Shown in pieces: positions 13,847 through 26,846 of a stretch of 64,000 nucleotides of DNA. A program made the translations under genes and the position numbers. Origin of the DNA: Prorocentrum cordatum. Lineage: Eukaryota. The notes beneath the pieces were generated by a model, which saw only the letters and a list, made by a program, of their open reading frames with translations, searched no databases and was not told the origin of the DNA. The stretch spans positions 1 through 64,000 of the forward strand of contig CAUYUJ010000292.1 in assembly GCA_963575745.1 (NCBI GenBank), read 5' to 3'. Within the stretch, counting starts at the first letter, position 1. The number at the start of each line of letters is the position of its first letter.

Positions 13847-14604
13847 CCTCCTCTGAGAACGACCGGGCCCCTTTTGAAAGGCAGGTGTTCCCTACTCCGG
13901 CCGCTTGCTGTGGCGGGCAGCCCCCCCCCGCGTCGCGGGCGCCACGGCCGCGGGCCTCCCCGCCTGCTGCCGTCGCGCGGGTCGGGCGCCGCGCTGGCCG
14001 CCGCCCGTGGGACGTCGGCGCCCCGCCACCGAACCGCGGGGGGGGCGAGTCCCCGCAGGTGGCGACTCTCCCGCCCTCTCCTCCCTCTTCCTCTTCCCCT
14101 TCATTCCGAGGGAAGGAGCGAGGAGGAGGGAGGGAGGGAGGTAGAAAAACGGAGAGGAGGAACAAATGCAGAGCGGAGGGAGGAAGGGGGACGAGGAGGG
14201 CGACAGACGACAATCGGAAGGAGCAGGAGCTGCAGCTGCCCTGGCAGCGGGAATTGGATCAGCAGGATCAGAAGTGAAGACGACGGCGGAGGCGATGGTG
14301 ACCACGAGGGCGGCGGCGAAGGGTCAAAGCGACGACGACGACGAGGACGACGACGAAGGACAAGGACGGGGACGGCGACGACGACGAAGGACAAGGACGA
14401 GGATGTTGGTGACGACGGCGACGACGACGACGGTGACGACGACGACGACGACGACGCCGACGACGAAGGACGCCAACTATCAGAGTGAGGGGGCCGAACG
14501 GTCATTCATTGTCCCTGGGCGCGTGGCTAAAGCGAGAATCCGTGGTGAGCATTATGCTTATTGCGTTGTTCATGTTGTTGATGATGTTTGCTGTCGTCGT
14601 TCCC

Positions 14605-14820
14605 CCCCGCGACCCGCCCGCGACCCACCCCGCGACCCACCCCGCGACCCACCCCGCGGCCCACCCCGCGACGCACCCGCGATCCACCCCGCGACCCACC
14701 CGCGACCCACCGGCGACCCACCCGCGACCCACCCCGCGACCCACCCGCGACCACCCCGCGTCCCATCTGCGACCCACTCGGAACTCACTTGCGACCCACC
14801 CCGCGACCCACCTGCGACCG
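14605..14820. repeat. 12-bp tandem repeat (CCCGCGACCCAC)
   Basis: Read directly. Confidence 0.9.
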
Positions 14821-15322
14821 ATCCACATTGGTTTGCAGAAAGATCGGCGCCTGCGGCGGGCTCGTTGCAGAAATTGGCGCCTGCGGCAGGCTTTTTCTAG
14901 AGTCTCGCAGACTGCCCACGGTCCCACCGCCCCATCACTCTTATCCGCATCTGCGGGGCGCTACGTTTACCTACACCGATCCACGCCCCCTGCCGTGGCC
15001 ACGAAGGCACGCGCATGCACCAATCCTGGGCATAGAATCGGCCTGGCCAGTCTCGGTGCCACTGTGTCGGTGGCTCCCTCCGACGACAGCGGCGGCGGCG
15101 GCGGCGACGGCCTGCGCGCCGATGCCGAGAGCCGCCCTTGGCCGCCGAGGGCCGCCGAGCGTCCGCCGAGCCGGCCGGGGCTCTCCGCTCGTGCAGCGGC
15201 AGCGGCGGGAGCAGCGGGCCAGGCGCGGGGGCGCGTCGCGGGCCGCCCTGCGCCGCTGCGGGTTTCGGCGAGGCCGCCGCCCGGGGAGGAGGAAGATCGG
15301 GGGCCCACGGTTGAGGACGCAG

Positions 15323-16217
15323 CTCCTCCTCATGTTCCTCCCCCTCCTCCTCCTCCTCCTCCGCCTCCTCCTGCGCGTCCTCCTCCGCCTCGCCCTGCTC
15401 CTCATCGTGCCAATCCTCCTCCACCTCCTCCTCCTCCTCTCATCCTCCTCCCTCCTCCTCCTCCTCCTCCTCCTCCTCCTCCTCCTCCTCCTCCTCCTCC
15501 TTCCCTCCTTCCCTCCTCCCCCCTCCCTCCCTCCCTCCCTCCCTCCCTCCTCCCTCCCTCCTCCCCCTCCCCTCCCCTCCCTCCCTCCCGCCCTCCCTCC
15601 TCCTCCCTCCCCTCCCATCCCTCCCCTCCCCTCCCCTCCCTCCCCTCCCTCCCTCCCTCCCTCCCTCCTTCCCTCCCTCCCTCCCTCCCTCCCTCCTCCT
15701 CCCTCCCTCCCTCCCTCCCTCCCTCCCTCCTTCCCTCCCTCCCCTCCCCTCCCCTCCCCTCCCTCTACCCCTCCCCCCCCACTCCCCTCCCCTCCCCCCC
15801 CCCCTCCCCTCCCCTCCCCTTCCCCTCCCCTCCCCCCCCCTCCCCTCCCCCCCCCTCCCACCCTCCCCTCCCCTCCCCCTCCCCTCCCTCCCCCCCCTCC
15901 CCCCTCCCCTCCCCACCTCCCCCCCCTCCCCTCCCCTCCCCCTCCCCCTCCCCCTCCCCCTCCCCCTCCCTCCCCCTCCCTCCCCTCCCCCTCCCCCTCC
16001 ATCCTCCTCCTCCTACGATCCCTCCTCACTCCTCCTCCTCCTCCCTCCTCCGCCCTCCGCCTCGCCCGCCTCCTCCTCCTCCTCCTCCTCATCCTCACTC
16101 TCCTCCTCCTCCTCCTCCTCTCCTCCTCCTCCTCCTCCTCCTCCTCCTCCTCCTCCGCCTCCTCCTCCTCATCACCTCCTTCATCCTCCTTCCTCCTCCT
16201 CCCTCTCCTCCTCCTCC
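15323..16217. repeat. Polypyrimidine tract (CCT/CCCT/CCCCT)
   Basis: Read directly. Confidence 0.95.
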
Positions 16218-16260
16218 GAAAAGCAGACCCGATGTAGGCCTGGGCGGTTTTGGTGTTTTT

Positions 16261-16956
16261 TCTAGAAGAAGCAAGTCCACGATCGCGAATGAAGGCGTAA
16301 CCAGCCGTTCGAGCAATCCTGTCGTAAGTGCCCGCTTCAGCTGCCTTCTTCACGGACGGCTGCACGAAGTATCGGTACTGCACGCCCCCAAGGCGGTCCA
16401 TCATGAAGTGGAACAACTTGCGAACCTTCTTCGTGTCAGAAGTGCGGCCCCAGTGGATCGTCAGCGGCGTGCCCACGATGAACACATCTTTCACCAAGTC
16501 CACGCGAATACTGTCGTCGAACTTGATATACTTCAGCACAGACTGCGCCCCATCAGGGTCGGTGGGCAGAACGTAGATCTGCATTGTGAACGCCAGCTCT
16601 CCCGTGTCCTTCTTCGGCTTGAACGGAGACGGCAAGGACGCGTAGTCGCCGCGGCGCATGATGTCGACCATGTCCACAGCACTTGTGTCGGGAAGCTCCT
16701 GGCACTCCGTTCCAATCTTGATCCAATCCACGACGTGCTTCACTTTTACCACGTTGTCGATGTCTCTCAGTGGCATGTCTCGGAGACGATAGCAACCAGG
16801 CGGGTCTGATTCGAAGCGCGTGGGCTTCTCGAGCCGACTGTACGGGTTCAGAGTGTCCATGCAGCCCCAGGCCTGCGCGACCTGCTCGGTGGCGGACTCG
16901 TCCCCCGCGATCATCTCTCCCAGAGACTTGACGCCCCCCGCCACGAGGTTCGCCAT
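16261..16956 (-). CDS. Orphan intronless ORF A (~232 aa, MANLVAGGVKSLGE...), probable retrocopy; runs into the TIR without a stop
   Basis: Complex globular-protein-like composition amid low-complexity DNA; SL relic 49 nt upstream of the ATG. Confidence 0.65.
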
Positions 16957-17005
16957 GATCGCAACGAGACGCGATGCAACGTTGACTGCGAGGCGCACCT
17001 GTGGT

Positions 17006-17028
17006 CTTGAGCCAACGCAAAGCTGCGG
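17006..17028 (-). other. Relic spliced leader upstream of ORF A
   Basis: Minus strand CCGCAGCTTTGCGTTGGCTCAAG vs CCGTAGCCATTTTGGCTCAAG; last 10 nt exact. Confidence 0.65.
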
Positions 17029-17093
17029 GCTACAGCAATGGGAAAAGATAACGGACTGGGGCATCCAAAATCTGGATCCCCCCAATCAGCGGG

Positions 17094-17300
<207 letters not shown>

Positions 17301-17377
17301 TCTGCGGGTGTGTGTTTTTTGGCTGTCGCTCCAAAGGCCAGGGCGGGGCTGCTAGTCGAGGCCGCGCGCGGCGCACG

Positions 17378-17938
17378 TCAGCCCAAGTCGTTGGCGTGGC
17401 CGCGGGGCGGGCCGTGGCGCGCCAAGCGCACCACTTTCTTGGCCGCCCAAGGAGGCAAGTGGTACTTCATGTGCACCTGGAGAGTCCGCCACCAGCTCTC
17501 CCAAGGAGCTGTGGCCTCCTCGAGCGCCTTCTCGGCCTTCTCGGTCGCCTTCTTGGCCTTCTGAAGCTTTCCCTCCGTCTTCTCCAAGGAAGCCTGCGTC
17601 TCGCGCAGCTCCGCCCGCGCGTCCTTGAGGGCGGTCGTCTTCTGCTTGAGCTGCTCCTTGCAGTGGTTGGCAACCGCCTCTGCCGCTGCGGCTTTGTGTT
17701 GGGCGGTGTACATATTCCTGTAGCGCTGGTTGGAGCGGCGTGACCGCGCGTCCAGGACGCTCTCAAGGTCGCGCAACTTGCCCACCAAGGGTTTGCGCGC
17801 TGCGGCGCGCGCCCCCCTCACCAGCTTGGCCACAGCTGGTTTGTTGCCGAGGTCGTGATCTCTCTTCGCGGCCCTGCGTACCTTGTTGCTGTGCAGCTTC
17901 TTCTCGTAAGCGGGTGTCCCCTTCTTTGGGTCCCCCAT
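17378..17938 (-). CDS. Orphan intronless ORF B (186 aa, basic, coiled coil, MGDPKKGTPAYEKK...), probable retrocopy
   Basis: Complete ATG-to-TGA frame, K/R/A/E-rich heptad-like region, near-complete SL 36 nt upstream. Confidence 0.72.
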   Translation of the reverse strand: MGDPKKGTPAYEKKLHSNKVRRAAKRDHDLGNKPAVAKLVRGARAAARKPLVGKLRDLESVLDARSRRSNQRYRNMYTAQHKAAAAEAVANHCKEQLKQKTTALKDARAELRETQASLEKTEGKLQKAKKATEKAEKALEEATAPWESWWRTLQVHMKYHLPPWAAKKVVRLARHGPPRGHANDLG

Positions 17939-17974
17939 GGTGTCGCGAAGCACGGAGCGCGGAACCAATCAAAC

Positions 17975-17996
17975 CTTGAGCCAAAGCGGTTACGGA
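17975..17996 (-). other. Near full-length genomic spliced-leader relic upstream of ORF B
   Basis: Minus strand TCCGTAACCGCTTTGGCTCAAG, 19/22 to TCCGTAGCCATTTTGGCTCAAG. Confidence 0.88.
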
Positions 17997-18042
17997 TGGT
18001 CGAAGCTTGCTCGCGCCGCATCCGCTGGGGGGCTCTGTCATT

Positions 18043-18420
18043 CGGTCGGAGGGTTAGCAAACACTGTAAAAAACATGTGTTCCAGGTCGGAGGGTCAGCA
18101 AACACTGTAAAACACAGGTTTCTCAGGTTTTTCAGGTTTTTGCGCATCCATCCACCTGGGAGCGCATAGATCCCCCAAAACCTGAAAAACCGGTGTTTTG
18201 CTGTGGTTTCTCGGCCTCTGACCTGACAAAACCTGTAAAAAACAGGTTTTTCAGGCCGGAGGGTTGGCAAACACTGTAAAAAATAAGTTTTTCAGGTTTT
18301 TCAGGTTTTTGCGCATCTTTCCACCTGGGCGCGCATAGATCCCCCAAAACCTGAAAAACCTGAAAAACCTGTGTTTTGCAATGGTTTCTCAGCCTCTGAC
18401 CTGAAAAACCTGTTTTTTAC
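18043..18420. repeat. ~170-bp tandem duplication built from inverted CAGGTTTTT / AAAAACCTG 9-mers
   Basis: Two units, each internally self-complementary. Confidence 0.85.
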
Positions 18421-18991
18421 AAGAGATTCTCTACCTCTGGCTTGACAGGAGGCGCCACGAGCGCAATCGAAAGGACGAACTGAATTGATCAGGCACTCTC
18501 CTCCACCTCCTCCCCCTCATCATTCTTCCTCCTCCTTCTCCCCCTCCCCCTCCCTCCTCCTCCTCCCTCGTGGTTGGGATGTTCGCCCCACGAGGGCTCT
18601 CGAGGGTTAAAACTGAGGGGCCCTCGTGTCGTCGTTTTCCCCCGCCGTCGCGGGGGTATTTTGCTGCCAGTCCTGGCTGGTAGAGGGCTGGGGGAGGTCC
18701 CCGCGAGTCCGCCTTTGTTTTGGAATGGTGGAGTCGCTCTATACTGTTCCTCTTCTTCAGGCAGGTCTCGTTCGAAGCCTGAGGTGGGGCCGCCCTGGCC
18801 CCCAGCTTAGCCGCCGCGTGTTCGGGCCTCGGACGCGCGCGCCACGCCTCGTACCCTCGTACCCTATCCTCCTCCTCTTCCTCCTCCTCTTCCTCCTCTT
18901 CTTTCTTCCTCGACGCCAAGTTGGAAAACGCTGAAACCGCCCAGTCGCCAAAAACAACCAAAAACGCCCAGGCCTACATCGGGTCTGGCGC

Positions 18992-20160
18992 CCCTCCTCC
19001 TCCTCCTCCTCCTCCTCCTCCTCCTCCTCCGCCTCCGCCTCCTCCTCCGCCTCCGCCTCCGCCTCCGCCTCCGCCTCCGCCTCCGCCTCCGCCTCCGCCT
19101 CCGCCTCCGCCTCCGCCTCCGCTCCGGCCTGCCTCCGCCTCCGCCTCCGCCACTCGCCTCCCCTCCGCTCCGCTCCGCCCCTCCTTCCTCCTTCTACTCA
19201 CTCTCCTTCCTCTCCCTCCTCCTCCTCCTACTCCTCCTCCTCCTCCTCTCCGTCCTCTCCTCTCCTCCTACTCCTCACTCTCTCCTCCTCCTCCTCCTCC
19301 CCTCCTCCTCCGCCCTCCTCCCTCCTCCGCCTCCGCCCCTCCTCCTTCACTCCTCCTCCTCACCTTCCTCCCTCCTCCTCCGCCTCTCTCATCATCCTCC
19401 TCCTACCTCCTCTCCTCCTCCTCCTCCTCCTCCTCCTCCGCCTCCTCCTCCTCCTCCTCCTCCTCCTTCCTCCTCCTCTCCTCCTCCTCTCCTCCTCCTC
19501 CTTCCTCCTCCCCTCCCCTACTCTCCGCATCATCCTCCTCCTCTCCTCCTACCCGCACCCCTCCCCCTCCTCCTATCCTCCTCCCCCCCCTCCCCCATCT
19601 CCTCCTCCTCACTCCTCCTCCTCCTCCTCCTCCTTTCTCATCTCTCCCTCCTCCTCCTCCACTCCTCACTCTCCTCCTCATTCTATCCTCCTACTTCTAC
19701 CTCATCTCCTACTCCTCCTCCGCCTCCCTCCTCCTCCTCCTACCTCCTCCTCACTTCTCCTATCCTCCTTTCCCTCCCTCCTCCTCACTCCTCCTCCTCC
19801 TCCTTCCTCCTCCTTCCTCTCCTCTCCTCCTCCTCCTCCTCCCCCTCCTTCCTCCTCTCCTCCTCCTCCTCCTCCTCCTCCTCCTCCTCCTCCTCATCCT
19901 CTTCCTCCTCCCTCCTCATTCCTCCTCTCTTCCTCCTCCTCCTCCTCCTCCTCCTCCTCCTCATCCTCTCCCCTCTCACCTCCTTCCTCCTCCTCCTTCC
20001 TCCCCTCCTCTCTCCTCTCCTCCCTCCTCCTCCTCTCCTCCTCCTCCTCCTCCTCCTCCTCCTCATCCTCCTCCTCCTCCTCCTCATCACTCCTCCTCTC
20101 TCCTCCTCCTCCTCCGCCTCCTCCTCCTCTCCCTGCTCCTCCTCCTCCTCCTCCCCCTCT
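18992..20160. repeat. (CCT)n / (CCGCCT)n tract
   Basis: Read directly. Confidence 0.95.
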
Positions 20161-20421
20161 TCCACCGTCGGGAAATTTCTGCTTCGGCGGGCCCTCGCAA
20201 CAATATTACGCGGAGGGGCCGAAGCGGACAATCGTAGTGGAAGCGATCGGGAATCGGGACGGCACAAGACACGCCCGCAGTAGATTCAGTGGTCACCCTT
20301 ATGAAGCAATACAAGAGCAGACCTTTACACTGAATGCGGTGGGCGGCACGACCGGATTTCAATATGCCACATTCCCTCTGGCAAGCGTTTTACGCCACGC
20401 ATATGTGTATATACATATCTC

Positions 20422-21150
20422 ATACCAGAGAAAAGCCATCAAAGATTTTTAGAGCTATAGGGCTATGGGGCTATTGGGCTATAGGACGATAGGGCTATGG
20501 TGCTATAGGGCCATGGAACTAGAAGGCTATAGGGCTATAGGGCCATAGGGCTATATAGGGCTGTAGGGCTATGGGGCTCTGGGGCTCTGGGCCTCTGGGG
20601 CTATGGGGCTATAGGGCCATAGGGGATGAGTCTATATGGCTATGGGGCTATAGGGCTACAGGACGATAGGGCTATAGGGCTATCGGAATATGGGACTGTA
20701 GGGCTACAGGGCTATAGACATATAGAACTATAGGGCTAAAGGGCAATAAGGCTATCAGGCTAAAGGGCTACAAGGCGACAAGGCTATCAGGCTATAAGGT
20801 TATAAGGCTATAGGGTTATAGGGTTATAGGGCCATCAGGCTATAGGGCTATGATAAAATAGAGGGCTACCAGGCTGTAGGGCTATATGGCTATAGGGCTA
20901 TAAAACTATAGGGCTCTAAGACTCTAGGGCGATAGGGCTATCAGGCTGTAAGGATGTAGGGCTATGGGGCTATCGGGCTATAGGGCTATAAGGCCATCGG
21001 GCTATTGGGCTATAGGGCCAGAAAGGCTATAGGGCACCCGGGCACCACAGCACCTGGGCACCCGGGCGGGCCGCGGAAATCGGTGACACACCTCACTTAA
21101 TCATGTGAATCCGCTAGGACCCCTATAGAGAGAAGCTCTGGTCAGGGTAT
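20422..21150 (+). mobile_element. (GGGCTATA)n-array element, copy a
   Basis: Conserved head ATACCRGAGAAAAGCC..., degenerate 8-mer array, conserved tail ...GAATCCGCTAGGACCCC...AAGCTCTG. Confidence 0.75.
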
Positions 21151-21233
21151 ATATATATATATATGTATATACCTATATGTATACATGTACATGTATATGT
21201 TGATGTTCAGGTACATTTACATATACATGTAGG

Positions 21234-22086
21234 ATACCGGAGAAAAGCCCAGTCAAAGTCTTTTTAAGGCAATAGGCTATTGGGTTATAGGGCAATGGAA
21301 CTATGGGGCTATAGGGCTATGGGGCTATAGGGCCATAGGGCTATAGGTATATAGCGCTATAAGGCTACATGGTTATAGCGCCATAGGGCTATAGGGCTGT
21401 AGGTCTACAGTATGGGGCTGTCGGGCTATGGGGCTATCAGGCGATAGGGCCATACGGCTATGAGTATATGCAGAGATGGGGCTATAGGGTTAGAGGACCA
21501 TAGGGTTACAAAGCTACAGGGATATAGGGCAATGCTGCTGTAGGGCGATAGGGCTATAGGCATATAGAGATATAAGGCTATAGGGCTATAAGGCATCAGG
21601 CTATAGTGTTTAACGGCTGTATGGATATGGGGCTATAGGGCTATTGGGCTATGGGTTTATAGGGCTATAGGGCTATAGGGCTATAAGGCTATAGGGAGGG
21701 CTATGGGGCCATAAGGCTATAAGGATACAATACTATAGGGCTATAGGTCCATAGAGCTATAGGGCCCTTGGGCAAAAGGGCTATGGGGTCATAAAGATAT
21801 AGAGCCGTAGGGCTATAGGACGATTGGGCTATAGGGCTATAAGACTACAGGGCTATGGGGCTACTCGGCCAATATGGCTATAGGGCTATAGAGCTGTAGG
21901 GCTGTAGGGCTATAAGGCTATAGGGCTACAGGGCTATAGGGCTATACGGCACCCGGGCACCTGGGCACCCCGGCACATAGGCACCAGGGCACCCGGGCGG
22001 ACCGCGGAAATCGGTGGCAAACCTCGCCTAACCATATGAATCCGCGAGGACGCTAGGACCCCCACCGAAGCAAGCTCTGATTGGTA
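21234..22086 (+). mobile_element. (GGGCTATA)n-array element, copy b
   Basis: Same head, array and tail as copy a. Confidence 0.75.
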
Positions 22087-22648
22087 TACATATACATATA
22101 CATATACACATACGTATACGTATACGTATACGTATACGTATACAAGTACATGTATAGCGACATATACATGAACATATACATATACACACAAGGAGACCCT
22201 CCGACGAATTTTGCATGGAGGGTGGCGGTGCGTAAAGTCGCTGGCCCTCACTGTATACACCGCCGCCCTCCCCTGAGGCCCAGGAACAACCAAGTGGAGG
22301 GCGTCTGTGCATTTTTTCTGTGGCGGACGTTAGATTGCACGATGTCAGGTTGCACGATGGATGCCTCCGACGGGCTCGCAGCGTTTCCGTGACGGCCCGC
22401 CCCGCTCGACACATTCGCCCACCGCTCGAAAAAAAATGCCCCCCCCCCACACGGTCTGCTCCCTGGAGGTTTCTGGAGCCCCACTAGGGCCCGTCAGGCG
22501 AAAGAGAGAGAGAGAGAGAGAAAAAGAAAAAAGAGAGAGAGAGAGAGACACACCCATTTGCGGCGGAGCCCGTCCCGGCGCGGGATGGGGCGCATGGCGC
22601 CGTAGCGCCTCAGAGCAGCTTGGCAACCGTGTCTGACAGCAGATATCG

Positions 22649-23784
22649 GAGAGAGCGTGATCCACCGCCGCTTTACTGTGGAAAATTGCCAACCTTTTCC
22701 TCCGGAACCCGGGGGTCTCCCCCCCCCCCCCTCCGAAAATCCCCCCCCCCTGCCGGAACCCCTCCCCCCCCTCCCCCCCACTCTCCACCTCCCGGCAAAC
22801 CCCCCCCTCCCCCTAACCCCTCCCCCCCCCCCCCCCTCCCCCTCGAAATCCCGGGGGGCTTTCCACTACCGGATCCCCCCCCACCCCCCCCCCCTCCGGA
22901 AATCGGAAAAACCGGGGGGGTCACTACCGGGTACACCGGTTGGAACTCCCCCCCCCCCCCCCCCTCGAAAACCGGAGGGGGGTCACTACCGGTTCGACCC
23001 CCCCCCCACGCACCGCCAGCAAACGACTCCCGGTCCCTACCACCGCTCGCATCACATCCCCCACTGTTGTTCCCAGCACCACTGTCCTCACCACCACTGT
23101 CCCCACTGGTTCCACCACCGTCCCTATTGTCCCCACCAATGCCCCCACCACTGTCGCACTGTCCCCACTGTTCCCACAACTGTTCCCACCACGGTTCCAC
23201 TCTCCCCACTGTCTCCACGGACCCAACCACTGCCTATCCCCATTGTCCCCACTGTCCCACTGACTCCTCCGCTGTCCCACTGAGCTGTCCCACTGTTTCC
23301 ACCACTGTCCCCACTGTCCCCACCACTGTCCCCACTGTACCTCTGTCCCATTGTCCCACCGCCGTCCTCGCCACCGCCTTTACCAGTGTCTCCACCACCA
23401 TTGTACCCTCCACTGTCCCAGTGTTTCCACCTCATTCCCACTGTCCCCACACCACTGTCCCCACCACCACCGTTCCCACCACTGTCCACTGTCCCCCCTG
23501 TTCCCACCATTGTCCCCACCACTGTCCCCACCACTACCGTCCCCACCACTGTCCCACTGTCCCCCCACTGTCCCCACCACTGTCCCGCTGTCCCCTCACC
23601 ACTGTCCCCACCAACACCGTCCCCACCACTGTCCGCACCCCCACTCGGTTTTCGAGGGGGGGGGGGGGTTCGAACCGGTAGTGACCCCCCCCCCTTTTCA
23701 TGATGAGCTGGGGGGGGGGGGTTGGTTCGAACCGGTAGTGACCCCCCCCGGTTTCCCGCCAGCAGCGGTAGAACACGCTCTTTC
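22649..23784. mobile_element. Foldback-like non-autonomous DNA transposon, copy 2
   Basis: Same TIRs as 9076-11038; 8-bp TSD AGATATCG (22641-22648, 23785-23792). Confidence 0.93.
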
Positions 23785-24726
23785 AGATATCGATATCCCA
23801 ATCCTTCAACTTGTTCTTGTCTGCAGCAATGTAAGACCCATTCGTCCCATCCACATCATAACAGGCATCCAATTTAAAAATGTGAGGCCTCGTGGGCCCG
23901 TCAGGAGAAGAAGGCAAACGTTACCGAATCAAAGCTCCAAGATAGCCAAGGGTAGGGCCTGACACAAGGCCCTCGGGCAACTCAGGGCAAGGCATAGTTA
24001 CCCAAGACCCTCAGATGACCCAGGGTGGGCCCCAGGACGCTCAGAGACGGCCACCAGCTGCCGAGGGGCTGGCATGAGACAGCTGCGCCCAAAGAGTTTT
24101 CCGACAAGGCCCCCTGAGGCCATAGACACTGAAACGTCTCGGGTCTGTACCTGCTTCCAATGTTCGTTCTTCCCAACCTCGTCGGCCTCGGCGCTAGCAT
24201 GGCTCCACGGAGCCCCCAGGAGCCCCATGGGGTGGCCCAGGACAAGAGAGCCCGAGAACCCCCCCAAACACGGCACCGAGAGAGCTCCAAGAGGAGCCGC
24301 AAGACCCGACCAGAAGGCCCCGAGATTCCCAGCACGTGCACCTCTCCCCTCAGTCCACCCTCCTCCCTCCTGCCCCCCGCCACCTACGCAAAGATGACGA
24401 CGATCATTACCGCCACCATGACGAGCACGACGACGGCGACGAGGACAACAACATGCACGACGCCAACCACGACAACGAAAACGACCACCGCCACCACCAC
24501 GAGGATTAATAGAACCACCACCACGACGGTCACCAAGACGACGATCACTACAATGACGACCACTCCTGGCCATATTGAAGGCCACCGAAATTGCGCAAGA
24601 AAGACGGGGCCAGAGGACCGCACATCATCGCCAATGCATCGGCGACGGCAGAATTGAGAGACTTGAATTATTGAATAAGGCTCCAGATCGCGCCCGAGCG
24701 CTGATGCATGGGCGATGCTGCAAGAT

Positions 24727-26030
<1,304 letters not shown>

Positions 26031-26470
26031 CCGCCCTCGCTGGCGCGCCCGCCGCCAGCGCAGCCATCCCACCCCGCCAGCTCCAGCGCGCCTCCCTGCC
26101 TCCCTCCATCCATTCCTGCGCCCGCCGTCCTTCTCACCCCCCTGCCTCCTCTCTGTTCCCTCCCTCCGTGCCTCCTGCCCCCCTCCTCCCCCCCTGCCTC
26201 CTCCCTGGTCCCTCCCTCCCTCCCTCCTGCAGGCCTTCCTGGTCCTCCTCCCCGTTCCTCAGCCTTCCTCTTCCCCCCTCTCGCCTGGGGCCAGGACCAC
26301 CCCTGGCAGCCTCCGACCAGCGGGAAGGGGCGTGGGCGGCGGCCCCCAAAGCGCAGCTGGACGCGGCGGACGCCCTCGAGCGGCGCCGCGGTTGGGCGCC
26401 GCGCTCGCCGCGGCAGCGCCGACGTCACACCAGGGCGCCACCGGCGAGGGCGGGCAGCCCAAGGCGAGGA

Positions 26471-26685
26471 TCGGGTCGGACGACAGGGGGGAGGGATAGA
26501 AACGGGGGGGGGAAATCTTGCGAATCCATTCATCTGGCCGGCTTTCCCGGCACCTCCTGGCGCCGGAGGCGCCAGCATCGGGGAAAGCGCCCAGCGGCGG
26601 AGCCGAGACCAGCTGCACGCCGCAGACGCCGTGCCCCCAGATCCTCGCCCCATTACCCCCCCCCCCCGCTGGTCGCCCGACCCGA
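26471..26685. mobile_element. TCGG...CCGA MITE, diverged copy
   Basis: Homologous to 36865-37045 and 51124-51320; another MITE inserted at its right edge. Confidence 0.65.
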
Positions 26686-26687
26686 GA

Positions 26688-26846
26688 TTAAGTCGGGCCT
26701 GTCCACCTCTATAGGAGGAATGCTCCAAGATAACCAAAAGAATACTCTGGGGGCGATGTTTTGCTCATCTCCGAGCTATTTTTGAACATTTTTTCGCTAT
26801 TTTCAGGTTCCCAACATCCGCCTGGAGGAGGACACGCCCGACCCAA
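26688..26846. mobile_element. TTAAGTCGGG MITE
   Basis: TIR; CCCGAGA duplicated on both sides. Confidence 0.8.

Noticed and set aside
17940..17996. SL RNA gene
   Set aside because: The SL has three mismatches and leads into a short UTR and ORF; it is followed by GT, but no SL RNA intron structure was recognised.
20450..21945. True telomere or chromosome end
   Set aside because: The unit is an 8-mer rather than TTTAGGG, is interstitial, and is bracketed by conserved element ends.
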